A DNA stretch of 63,382 nt, filler included, from Octopus bimaculoides (Eukaryota): assembly GCF_001194135.2 (NCBI RefSeq). It is 8 parts of 8 records of this genome, joined end to end, with 100 filler letters (N's around TTAATTAATTAA, not from the genome) between each part and the next. Parts side by side here need not be neighbours in the genome. Positions count along the whole stretch, not along the records: positions 49,191 to 54,759 come from NC_068990.1; positions 54,860 to 58,022 come from NC_068987.1; positions 58,123 to 61,309 come from NC_068988.1; positions 61,410 to 63,382 come from NW_026329900.1; 4 more parts are not named here. One strand, 5' to 3'. Shown here in pieces: positions 51,218 to 63,382 of this stretch; positions within the stretch are counted from its first letter, which is position 1, and every line of letters starts with the position of its first letter. Under the pieces are notes generated by a model. The model did no database searches. It was not told the DNA's origin and saw only the letters and a program-made list of their open reading frames with translations. Made by a program: the position numbers and the translations under genes.

Positions 51218-54200
51218 TGACAGAGTATCTACAGCTAGATGCCCTTCCTAAACGCCAACCACTCAGAGAATGTAGTGGGTGCTTTTACGTGTCACCCGTA
51301 CGAAGGCCAGTCAAGCGGTACTGGCAACGGCCATGCTCAAGATGGTGTATTTTATGTGCCACCCGCACAAGAGCCAGTCCAGCGGCACTGGCAACGATCT
51401 CGCTCGAAAATCCTACGAAGGCCAGTCAGGCGGTACTGGCAACGGCCACGCTCAAAACGGTGTATTTTATGTGCCACCCGCACAAGAGCCAGTCTAGGGG
51501 AACTGGCAACGATCTCGCTCGAAAGTTCTTACACATGCCACGGGTACAAGTGCCAGAAAGGCGACGCTGGGCACAGGTGCCATCACGATTTCGATTTCGA
51601 TTGCCCCAATAAGTCTTCGCAAGCTGAGCTTCGTGTCCCAATGAAGAAGACGACGTTGGCATGGGTGCCAGTCGTCCAACTTAACTCGATTTCAATTTCA
51701 CTTGCCTCAACATGTCTTCGCAAGTGGAACTTAGTATCCAATTTAACTCGATTTCGATTTCACTTGACTCAATAGGTCTTCGCAAATGAAGTTTAATGTC
51801 CAATTTAACTCGATTTCGATTTCACTTGCCTTAACAAGTCTTCGCAATTGGAGTTTGGTGTCCAATGAAGGAAGGTACGCATAAGGCCTTAGATTTAGGT
51901 CTCACTTGGCTTGCCGGGTCTTCTCACGTACAGCAAATTTCCAGAGGTCTCGGTGAGGTCCAAAGTTCGAAGGTCGTGCCTCACCACCTCATCCCAGGTC
52001 TTCCTGGGCCTACCTCTTCCACAGGTTCCCTCAGCTGCTAGGGTGTGGCACTTTTTCACACATCTATCCTCATCCANNNNNNNNNNTTGCACACCACAAC
52101 TGATGTTTCGTAAGTTCAACTTTTCTCTCAAGGTACTAATACTCTGTCTAGTATGCACACTGACATTACATATCCATCAGAGCATACTGGCTTCATTCCT
52201 TGCGAGCCTACGCATGTCCTCAGCAGTCACAGCCCATGTTTCACTGCCATGAAGCATGGCTGTTCGTACACATGCATCATACAGTCTACCTTTTACTCAG
52301 AGAGGCCCCTTGTCACCAGTAGAGGTAAGAGCTCTCTGAACTTTGCCCAGGCTATTCTTATTCTAGCAGCTACACTTTCAGCGCACCCTCCCCCACTACT
52401 AACTTGGTCACCTAGATAGCGGAAGCAATCAACTACGTCTAGTTTTTTTCCCTGGAATGTGGCAGAAGTTGTTGTCTGTACATTTACAGTGTTTATAGCT
52501 CCTGAACATCTGCTACATACAAAAACTAACTTCCTAGTTAACCTGCCTTTGATATTCCTGCACCTCTTATGTGTCCATAGCTTGCACTGTGTGCATCTTA
52601 TAGAGTTTCTACCTACGCCTTTGCTACAGATCGAGCAGAGACATCTACCTGAAGGGGTTTGTGTGTTGTCTACTTTCCTACTTATTAGGACTTTGATTTT
52701 AGCTAGGTTGACTCTAAGGCCCTTCGACTCTAGTCCTTGCTTCCACACCTGAAACTTCTCTAGTTCTGATAGTGACTCAGCAATTAGTGCAAGGTCATCA
52801 GCATAGAGGAGCTCCCAGGGGCAACCTGTCTTGAATTTCTCTGGTATCGCCTGGAAGACTATGATAAATAAGAAGGGGCTGAGGACTGAACCTTGGTGGA
52901 CCCCTACCTCTACCCGGAATTCTTCACTGTACTCATTTCCAACCCTCACCTTTCTGATAGCGTCTCTGTACAAGGCTCGCACAGCTCTCACTAACCATTC
53001 TTCTATCCCAAGTTTCCTCATTGACCACCAGATAAGGGATCGGGGACCCTGTCAAAGGCTTTCTCCATGTCAACGAAAGCCAGGTACAGAGGTTTATCTT
53101 TGTCTAGGTATTTCTCCTGCAGCTGCCTTACCAGAAATATAGCATCAGTGGTGCTTTTCCCTGGCACAAACCCAAACTGCATCTCATCTAAACTGACTCT
53201 CTCCCTAATCAGTTGGGCTATGACCCTTTCGGTAACTTTCATTACCTGATCTAACAACTTCATACCTCTGNNNNNNNNNNNNNNNNNNNNNNNNNNNNNN
53301 NNNNNNNNNNNNNNNNNNNNNNNNNNNNNNNNNNNNNNNNNNNNNNNNNNNNNNNNNNNNNNNNNNNNNNNNNNNNNNNNNNNNNNNNNNNNNNNNNNNN
53401 NNNNNNNNNNNNNNNNNNNNNNNNNNNNNNNNNNNNNNNNNNNNNNNNNNNNNNNNNNNNNNNNNNNNNNNNNNNNNNNNNNNNNNNNNNNNNNNNNNNN
53501 NNNNNNNNNNNNNNNNNNNNNNNNNNNNNNNNNNNNNNNNGACATTCGGCAGACTCTCTTTCTCCCATTCGTTCTCTTTATTGAGCAACCTTTCATAGTG
53601 GCGTTTCCATACCTCTTTCTTTGCAGCCTCGTTTAGTGCAAGCGTACCATCATCCATGCGAACACATTTCTCTCCGACAACATCACGATTCTCTCTCACA
53701 CACTGTCTTGCAACACGAAATACCTCAAGTCTTTGGTCCTCACGGCGCAGAACATTGGCAAACTATTTCTTATCTACTTCCCCTCTGGCTAAATAAACTT
53801 GTCGCCTAGCTTCCCTTCTAGCAGTCTGATACAATTCCCTTCTACCACCGTTCTTCCAGTCTTTCCAAGCCTGTTTCTTTTGTCTAATAGCCCTGTCAAC
53901 AGCGTTGTTCCACCACCATGTTATTTTCGGTCGGGAGGGGACCTTGCACCATCCACAGATCTGGTCGGTGGCCCTCATAGGTTGTCCCGTAGAAACGTCC
54001 AGTTGTCCTCTACATTGCGTGAAGCTACACCCCCCTCTATTTCGTCATAGGCTTCGAGTAGTAAATCTCTGAGTCTCTGTCCATTCGCAGGATCTTTGAG
54101 CTTCCAGACCATTCTCCTCCAAGTTGGTCGTCTTCTCGGCAACCACTTAGCTCTGATCCTGAAGTCACTAACTACTAGTCTATGTTGTGGGGTACATTCT

Positions 54201-54759
54201 TCGCCTGGGAAGGTTTTGGCATTTCTAAGCAGCCATCTTTCCCATTTTCTGGCGAGGATGTAGTCAATTTGACTAGTATGTCTACCAGAACAGTACGTGA
54301 TTAGGTGATTCGTAGGTTTCCTGAAGTTAGTATTGCAGACCATAAGGTCATTGGTATCACAGAACTCCAGCAGTCTGGTCCCCTCCTCATTGCGGGAACC
54401 AAAACCATAGCCTCCATGTACGCCATAGAAGCCCCCTGAATGTTGTCCAACATGACCATTGAAGTCACCAGCCACAAAGAGAAGATCGCTGTCATTCGTC
54501 GACGAGGTCGTTTGCAAGAGGGTGTCATAAGATTGGTCTTTCTGTCCGTCAGGTAGCCCGGGCTGAGGGGCATAGGCTGAGATAAGGGTTGCTAACCCAT
54601 GTTGAAAGACTAATCTAACCTTAAGTATTCTATCGGATACCCTAATTACCTCGATTACCTTATCCACCCATTTCTCTGCAAGAAGTATACCCACACCCCC
54701 GACCCCGTCTGTGTTTCCTGCCCAGAAAATCTTGTACCTGTGTTCTTTGCCTGTGAGGA
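51218..54759 (-). mobile_element. RTE-clade LINE, disabled; 5' end lost in an assembly gap
   Basis: APE endonuclease (ISAYAPQ, VAGDFNGHVG, SQIDYIL), RT (QFGFVPGKSTTDAIF, FVDMEKAFDRVP, GVHQGSVLSP, YADD at 52794-52805, RYLG), C-terminal GRGRPRKTWDEVV, then a modular 3' UTR. Confidence 0.95.
51895..54759 (-). pseudogene. ORF2 pseudogene (endonuclease + RT + PHD-like insert)
   Basis: Frameshifts near 53976, 53045 and 52295; in-frame stops at about 53763 (TAG) and 52177-52179 (TGA, probable CpG decay of CGA). Confidence 0.92.
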
Positions 54760-54859
54760 NNNNNNNNNNNNNNNNNNNNNNNNNNNNNNNNNNNNNNNNN
54801 NNNTTAATTAATTAANNNNNNNNNNNNNNNNNNNNNNNNNNNNNNNNNNNNNNNNNNNN

Positions 54860-55230
54860 CGTCGCTTACGACGTTGAGGGTTCCAGTTGATCCGATCAAC
54901 GGAACAGCCTGCTCGTGAAATTAACGTGCAAGTGGCCGAGCACTCCACAGACACGTGTACCCTTAGCGTAGTTCTCGGGGATATTCAGCGTGACACAGTG
55001 TGACAAGGCTGACCCTTTGAATTACAGGCACAACAGAAACAGGAAGAAAGATTGAGAGAAAGTTGTGGTGGAAGAGTACAGCAGGGTTCGCCACCATCCC
55101 CTGCCGGAGCCTCGTGGAGCTTTAGGTGTTTTTGCTCAATAAACACTCACAACGCTCGGTCTGGGAATCGAAACAGCGATCCTATGATCGCGAGTCCGCT
55201 GCCCTAACCACTGGGCCATTGCGCCTCCAC
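54860..55230 (-). mobile_element. tRNA-headed SINE family C
   Basis: Head GTGGAGGCGCAATGGCCCAGTGGTTAGGGCAGC...GTTTCGATTCCC. An identical head begins at 63355 (+, cut by the window end); shared 3' part at about 13900-14230 and 26170-26300; a similar head at about 44174. Confidence 0.8.
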
Positions 55231-57378
55231 TGTGAACCGAATACACAATCAATTAAGACTACTAGTATTGTCATTTCGTAATTGTTAGTATTTCAGCCAG
55301 TATTTAAGTGCTAAGAGTAACACAGTTTTTAGAACTGTAAACATTTATATCCTGTTCATTTGATAGATGAGATGGTTGAGCTTGTCAGTATTGACATAAA
55401 AAACGTTTTCGTTACTGTCTTATACAGATTAACCAAGCTTTATTGACAATGAGTTTGTAGTGCCTAGAGTGGTTCCAATCTTTTCATACTTCAAGTAGCT
55501 GATAGTTTATGCATCAAGGGCTTACTTTATTAAAATATTCTAATATTGCCCAATCAACTGTTGGATTTGCTCATCAGAATTTAGTAATTGCCGATCGTTG
55601 TGATGTTGATGATACCGTCGGTAGCATTAGTGGTGATGATATTTGGAAATTCTCATTAGTGTTGCCCATTTCTTTCCCTCTACTTCTCTCGCATTCATTT
55701 AATAACGAAGACGAAATTAACGGAGACGAAATCTTCAGATTATCGAATTTCAATTTTGTCGAGTAGTGAACGAATTGAAAATAGCCTTAGAGGTAAAACG
55801 TTTCGATTAGAAGGCATACACTCCTGGGGTTTTTCTTAAATTAAACATACAAATCATTGCTGTAACAGGTAGAAGGAAAATGGAAGAGATTCTAAAGTGG
55901 GTATTAGAGCTGTAAATAACCCTATTTCAACAATGGAACCAAGACTATATTTCAGTTTTCTCAGTTGAGGTGTAGTTTCGTTTCGCTGGGCGAAATTGCA
56001 TTATTGTCAAAACTGGAAAGAGCAGAGTCGATTAAATATATATAAATACTCGACAGGTATCTATTTTATAGACCAGAAATGGATAAAAGGCAAAGACAAT
56101 CCAATCAGTTTCTACAAACTATTATTGAAAAGAACTCTGTAACTATCAGAATTCTTGTAACTATCGTCTTTGAGAAACAAGTCTTTCTACAGCTGGTCTT
56201 TTTGTCGGAGTGGCAATTATGGATCAAATGTATTTCGCAGTTTGGTATCAGGTATCCTTTTACTTGTTTCGGTCATTTGACCGCGGCCATGCTGCCATGT
56301 TTCCGCCTACTAAATCGACTCACAAGTCTTTAGTCGTCCCGAGGCTATAGTAGAAGGTACTTGCCGAAGGTGCCACGCAGTGGGACTGAACCCAGGACCA
56401 TGTGGTTGGGAACCAAGCTTCTTACCACAGCCATGCCTGCTCCTATAAATATAATTATAAACTATATGTATATGTTTTAGTGTGTGAGTAAATGTAAGAT
56501 AATATGCATGTATGTGTGTGTATGTATGAGTGTGTGCGTGTGTGGGACAGAGGGAGAGAGAGAGAGGGAGGGAGAAAGGGAGAGAGAGTGATGAAGTGAG
56601 AAATTAGATGTTTCCATTAAAATTCAGTTCAAACAAACGTATGGTTCTTTTTATTTCCGATCGACGGCGCAGTGGTTTGTAAGACGTTAACTAATAACTT
56701 GCTAAATACTCTCTACATGAATTTTTCATTACGTGGGTTCGAAATATATTTTGAAGATGACTATTTCTTAGAAACAGAATATCGACGACATTCTAAGAAA
56801 ACGACGACGACGACGATGACGACGACGACGGCGACGAACGCAGTATGCAACCAACAACAACAACAACAACAACAATTGTTACTGCTGCATCGGAATTCAT
56901 GTAGATTATATTAAAATGAATATCAAATATAAATGTTTGACAATGTGACGAGTTAATTACTCGTCTGCTTCTATTTGTCAAGACCAGCATCTTCTGCGCA
57001 GCAGCTAACGGAGTGCAGCAATCATTTCGATTATCTATCTGTGATTCAACAATATGTCTCCTGCTGTCACATAAAGCAGTTATTAGACCAGGAAGGCAGA
57101 GCGCTTATGGCCTTTTGATATGTCTTTCTTTACTGATGGCAGAGTTAAGTTTAGTGAGGTGAAAATAGTGCTGAGAAGAGGGCTTTAAAGAGGCAGATGT
57201 ACTCGTGACTTTCTGTATCTGTTCTGGTGTGTAATTTCATTACAGCTGAGTATAATTAATATTATTAATCACCGGAGGTAAGAGAAATGGTCATATTTTC
57301 CGAAGTTCAAGCATTGACTGCTGTCGAAAGATAAGGGAAAGAGTTTTATTCTTATGAAAGTGAAACATGAAAAAAAAG

Positions 57379-57409
<31 letters not shown>

Positions 57410-59547
57410 GTTTTCAAAAATGTTTAGAAAGCCCAGGAAAATCACCTGTAAACGTATGTTGAAATGAATCATTTTCGACCAGGTATCGATATAACGATAA
57501 ATCCGTCCAGATCTACAATTTGGAAAATATAGATAGTATTTGTCATGAAAATGTGGCCAATAGTTCTAGTCACGCATGACATACTAGGTAAATGAGAACT
57601 GTGACCGCAGAATTATTGTACAGTAAACTCATCGGCGCTTTTCCTTTCGGCTTCAAGGTCATTGTGGATAAAACGCCATGAGATCTTTTTATCCTGCTCT
57701 GGAGAAATTCAGACGAATTAGCAATTAGTATTTTTAGATGAACGAAGTTATTCTGTTCGATATTTCATACTTCATGCATTTGAAACCGCTTCAAAAAAGA
57801 AAAAAAAAAGAAAAACAAAAAAAATCAGCATAGGCGCAGGCGTAGCTCTGTGGTAAAAAGCTTGCTTCCCAACCACATGGTTCCGGGTTCAGTTTCACTG
57901 CGTGGCACTTTGGGCAAGTGTCTTCTACTATAGCCTCGGGTCAACCAACGCCTTGTGAGTGGATTTGGTAGACGGAAACTGAAAGAATTCCGTCGTATAT
58001 ATATATATATATATATATATATNNNNNNNNNNNNNNNNNNNNNNNNNNNNNNNNNNNNNNNNNNNNTTAATTAATTAANNNNNNNNNNNNNNNNNNNNNN
58101 NNNNNNNNNNNNNNNNNNNNNNCCCCACCCCATTAAGCTGGCACTCACTATCAGTTGTATATACTGAAATAATGTGAAATGAATTGCACTGTTTAACCCC
58201 TTTCTTGCTATATTTCTGTGGAAATAAACTGCTTTTGATTCAAATTATTTTGTAAATAATGAAAAATTTAGTCAAGTAACTCAGTTATTACATCATCATC
58301 ATCATCACCACCACCACCACAACCACCATCATCATCATTTAACGTCTGCTTTCCATGAGTTGGATGGTTTGACTGCAAACTGGTAAGCTGGTGGGGGCTG
58401 CACCAGGTTCCAGTCTGATTTGGCAAGGTGACTTCGTCTGGATGCTCTTCTTAATGACAACCACTCCAAGAGTGTAGTGGGTGTTTTTTACATGCCACCG
58501 GCACGGGTACCATTGACGTGGCACCAGCATCGGCCACAATTTGGCTTGACAGGTCGACACAAACACAGTATATCACCAAGGGTCGTGGTCACTTGTCACT
58601 GCCTCCACGAGGCCCAACAGTCGAATGGTGCTTTTTACATGCCACAATCTGTCTATCGGTACAAGTACCAGTCAGATGACACTCGCATCAGCCACGACTA
58701 TAATTTCACTTGGTTTCAACAGGCCTTCACAAGCACAGTATATCATCCAACAACATTTATGAATTTGTTTTGCAAGATTCCTGATGTGAAATCGTGTGTT
58801 GAAACAAATGTTGTTATATTCCGAGATATTGATTGACAAGAAAAAGAAAATGACTATCCCGAAATATAACAAACTCTGTCATTATTAATTGGGTAGCTGA
58901 AACATTAATTGACATAAAATCTTGTAAAAGGCACTTATGCTATTGAAATGTAAAAGGCACCTGTATAAGNNNNNNNNNNNNNNNNNNNNNNNNNNNNNNN
59001 NNNNNNNNNNNNNNNNNNNNNNNNNNNNNNNNNNNNNNNNNNNNNNNNNNNNNNNNNNNNNNNNNNNNNNNNNNNNNNNNNNNNNNNNNNNNNNNNNNNN
59101 NNNNNNNNNNNNNNNNNNNNNNNNNNNNNNNNNNNNNNNNNNNNNNNNNNNNNNNNNNNNNNNNNNNNNNNNNNNNNNNNNNAAATCTTGTAAAAGGCAC
59201 TTATGCTATTGAAATGTAAAAGGCACCTGTATAAGTAACACATAAAAGACACCCAGTACACTCTGTAAAGTGGTTGGCATTAAGAAGGGCATCCAGTTGT
59301 AGAAACCAGGCCAAAACAGATGACTGGAACCTGGTGCAGCTCTCCAGCTTATCAGATCCAGTCAAACGGTCTAACCCATCCCACATGGAAAATAGCTGTT
59401 AAATGATGATGATGTATATGCTTGTGTGTATTACATGGAGTAAAGGTAAGTATCTCAGAAGGCTGACAACCATAATGTTATCTGCTCATTAAAATTCCAC
59501 ATTGCTGAGCACCTATCACCTCTTTAGGCTACAGATATATGATACAG

Positions 59548-59650
59548 ATGATGATGATGATGATGATGATCATGATGATGATGATGATGATGATGATGAT
59601 CATGATGATGATGATGATGATGATGATGATGGTGATGATGGTGATGATGG

Positions 59651-59712
<62 letters not shown>

Positions 59713-59752
59713 GTGGTGATGGTGGTGGTGGTGATGGTGGTGATGGTGATGG

Positions 59753-59789
<37 letters not shown>

Positions 59790-59790
59790 C
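59548..59790. repeat. (GAT)n/(GGT)n compound microsatellite
   Basis: Directly visible; further (GAT)n/(CAT)n at about 60165-60310. Confidence 0.95.
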
Positions 59791-60192
59791 CTTTCTACAA
59801 AAGGTACAAGGCCTGAAATTTGGGGGGAGGGGCTAGTCGATTACAGAGTATGGAGAAATGGGTATAAAACCAAATAAGTAAAAAGTGGGATAATTTAATG
59901 GTAGAATTAAATAGTTTATGAATTGAAAAATCTCCTTCACTTCATATAACATGCCCTCTTGAGAAAATGTCTGAAAAGATTAGCACCCCACCCAAACCCT
60001 TAACCCTACCACTCTACTTATATTTCTCCTGGAAGATTTCAAAACTTAATCAGTAGCTAGTAAAGGGAACTTCAGCCTTCTTTACTGAGTGTAAAATTTA
60101 TGACCCTGCGGCAGGCAGCAGTAGTGGTGGAGGTGACAGTGGTAGCAATGGTGTTTTTGGTGATGATGATTGTCATCATGGTTATGATGGTT

Positions 60193-60231
<39 letters not shown>

Positions 60232-60279
60232 GCATCATCATCATCATAGATGTGTGGGAATGTAGTGTATATCATCATT

Positions 60280-60311
<32 letters not shown>

Positions 60312-62676
60312 TTAATGTCTGCTTTCCATGCAAGCATGAGTTGGACAGTTTGACAGGAGCCGACCAGGTAGAAGACTACCTCAAGCTGTTGTGTCAGTTT
60401 TGGCAAGGTTTTTACAGCTGGATGCCCTTCCTAACACCAACCACTCTGCAGAGTGGACTGATTGCTTTTTTATGTAGCACCAGCACAAGCGAGATCAGTT
60501 TTAGCAAGGTTTTTACAGCTGGATGCCCTTCCAACTGCCGACCACTGTACAGTATGAACTGGAAGGTTCTTTTATGTGGCACCAGCACTTGGCAGGGCCA
60601 CCAAGTAAACAAACTTTGAAAGTGTCAAAATGTGTTTGGTATTTCATAGACAAGAAAGTAAATTTTGAATGCAGTAAAGTTGATAAAATAGCAGAAAGAT
60701 TACGTATTTACCTTTATACGACAGAAAAAAGATGCCAGCAGGCGGCTATAGCAGTTGAACCTATACAACTCAGATACTGGCTGGGTACTCTACCACTAAG
60801 CTAAACAACCCACTGACAACAATTACCATCAATTCTAAACCTAAAATACTCAATATCAGCCCTAGTAGCTATGCATATGTATGTGGTGTATATATAGGCA
60901 CAGGAGTGGTTGTGTGGTAAGTAGCTTTCTTACCAACCACATGGTTCCAGGTTCAGTTCCACTGCATGGCACCTTGGGCAAGTGTCTTCTACTATAGCCT
61001 CGGGCCAACCAAAGTCTTGTGAGTGGATTTGGTAGATGGAAACTGAAAGAAGACTGTCATATATATATGTATATGTCTGTGTTTGTACCCCCATCATCGC
61101 TTGACAACCAATGTTGGTGTGTTTACATGCTCGTAACTTAGCAGTTCAGCAAAAACGTCTGATAGAATAAGTACTAGGCGTACAAAGAATAAATCCTAGG
61201 GGTCGATGCATTTGACTAAAGGCAGTGCTCCAGCATAGCCACAGTCAAATGACTGAAACAAATAAAAGAAGAAAAGAATAAAAGAATATATATATATATA
61301 TATATATATNNNNNNNNNNNNNNNNNNNNNNNNNNNNNNNNNNNNNNNNNNNNTTAATTAATTAANNNNNNNNNNNNNNNNNNNNNNNNNNNNNNNNNNN
61401 NNNNNNNNNTGGAAAGCGGACGTTAAACGATGATGATGATGATGATGATGAAAATAGAATAAATTACAACAGCTGCAAAATGTATGTAAATTGTCAACAG
61501 AAGGTGGCGAATTATTTACCAAACAGAATAATTCAACGATTTTAATTACTTTTTAAGCATAAAAGCAGTTGGTGTTGGTAGCGCACGTGTAAAAACTAAC
61601 ATTTCCCTTCTCCAAGCTTAGATTCGAAACCGAATCTAAGAATTCTCCCTCGTCGGATTTACTGTGAGCAACAGGCGCGAAATCAGGTTTTCTTTGTCCT
61701 GTCAAAAAAATGATGGATAGCCTCCTCTCGACCTTATAACCTCATAGATGTCAAGCGAAGTTCACTGGACAGCGACTGACCTACTTAGGTACTACACTTG
61801 CTGCAGCTTGTCCATCCTTCTAGCTGCCCCTGATTTTTATAGATAGGAGAATTTAGCAGGGAGGAGAGAGAGAGAGAGAGAGGGAAACCGTGATTCGCCA
61901 CAGACTGACCCAGTGCTCCGCGACTATCACACAGAGATTTGCCGTGTCACGCTAATGAGAGAGAGAACTACCGCAAGATGAAAGAACAAATACACACACA
62001 CACACACGAACATATTTAGTCTTCGGATACATCAACTCCACAGATGTACCCTGGTTTCATTTTTCCTAGCAACTCGAAGTAAGTTGCCAAAATTTAATGT
62101 AGTGGTGAAGAATATTTACTAACACCAGAGTTCAATGCAGCAAATAAAATATGTTATAGTTGAACATAGTTATCACTTTGTTTATTCACAGGCAAACACA
62201 TGCCTACCGCACCCTGACACGATAACACAAACATACAACATTACTCCACCATATTTTGGTGACTCCACTACACATGCATTATCTAGAGCAAAACTGAAAT
62301 ATATGCAAATGCTTTGTGATTAAGGAGCCTGCTTGAATATCACGGTGATTACTTGAAACATATATTTTTCACTCCAGGCACAAGAGAAAGTTAGTGATCA
62401 TTGCAATGTCAAATATATTCTTCATCAAAGCTAGTAATTCATTGCAATCTCCTCTAAACGTTGGTAAATTTCACAGTATTTACACCCGCGAGTCCCCACC
62501 CACACAAGTATATAATATAAAGATATATCCATATATATATACATATATGTATATAAAATGCACACACATACACATATAATACAATGAAATATTGTAACAA
62601 TATATTAACAAATTAAAATATATTAAATAAATATAATATAGGTGGCCGGTTAGCAATTAAAACCAAAATGGTAAAA

Positions 62677-63170
62677 TTAGTAAATGAGGGAGCAAAAAAG
62701 CACCGGCAATTGCTAGAAATGAAATTCAAAATTTAACTCGAACACAAAGCACTAACCTGAATGAGATATACGGGAATTGCGATCGAGCAAGCCAAAACAT
62801 TTTCCCCTGGTTGGATAAACTCACAGAATAAAGTAGGTGGACAAAACCTTATCACGTGATCCATATGATCTTGTTTCTCATCAGGGGCTTTTAACACTCG
62901 CTCGCTTTTCGACATTTTTTTTCATGAGTTACTGGGAGGCAGGCTGTCTCTTTAACTCTGATGAGGAACAAGGTCATATTGATCAAATTTCGAAATTAGT
63001 GATAAGGTTTGGCCAAACACTTAATCTGTGAGTTTATCCAGGGAAAGATGTTTTGGCCTGCTCGCTCACAATTTCCGTATATGTCATTGAGGTTAGTGCT
63101 TTATGTGGCCGCTCGAGTGAAAATTTGACTCTCATTTCTAGTAATTTCAGGTGCTATTTTACACCCTCCA
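62677..63170. repeat. Long imperfect foldback element (about 210-bp arms, about 65-nt loop); probable MITE
   Basis: Arms about 62677-62890 and 62955-63170 are reverse complements with scattered mismatches and indels. Confidence 0.85.
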
Positions 63171-63382
63171 TATATATTGGAAGCAGGGCGAGAACTTCCC
63201 TACTATTCCAGCCTCGAGACTACCAGACTGCGCGGTTTCGTCCTTATTATGGTCATCCTCAGTGTTTAGGTGACGATAACCAATACTTCTTTGTGCAAAT
63301 ACTGTTTTCGTCTCTTATAGAGATTTTCTTTACTATCTATCTATCTATCTATCTTGTGGAGGCGCAATGGCCCAGTGGTTAG

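Noticed and set aside
51300-51860. Repeat-spacer-like pattern suggestive of CRISPR
   Set aside because: Eukaryotic LINE 3' UTR tandem duplications; no unique spacers and no cas genes.
54860-55230. tRNA-like sequences (also 15480-15526, 34220, 44174, 63355)
   Set aside because: A/B boxes run into SINE bodies and lack complete cloverleaves; these are SINE heads, not tRNA genes.
58917-59235. Identical ~50-bp sequence on both sides of a gap
   Set aside because: Probably a collapsed minisatellite (GTAAAAGGCAC unit) or contig overlap; cannot be resolved here.
59502-59877. Poly-Asp / poly-Met ORFs, and the many YIYI/THTH/VCVC ORFs elsewhere
   Set aside because: Translations of microsatellites and N gaps.

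Overview
Repeat-dense, gapped eukaryotic genomic DNA. The SINE/LINE families and (AT)n/(AC)n/(GAT)n microsatellites look like an octopod cephalopod (inferred from the repeat sequences, not verified). The one gene I can firmly recognise is the 3' part of a multi-exon HAP40 (F8A1, huntingtin-associated protein 40) orthologue: six in-phase + strand coding exons, 280-9065. The rest is mostly transposon-derived. It includes a disabled RTE-clade LINE (about 51.2-54.8 kb, - strand) with a PHD-like C4HC3 zinc finger inside its RT region, many truncated copies of that LINE's 3' tail, several tRNA-headed SINE families, a mariner/maT relic with TIRs, R4/Dong and CR1 relics, and hAT, Tigger and piggyBac MITEs. 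The most notable signals are (1) a tRNA-headed SINE carrying a minimal Penelope-type hammerhead ribozyme fold, plus a second family with a core-variant hammerhead-like fold, (2) the PHD insertion in the RT, and (3) several long near-perfect foldback palindromes. TTAATTAATTAA islands inside N runs are assembly padding. Repeat coordinates are approximate; splice, TIR and TSD coordinates were counted by hand.
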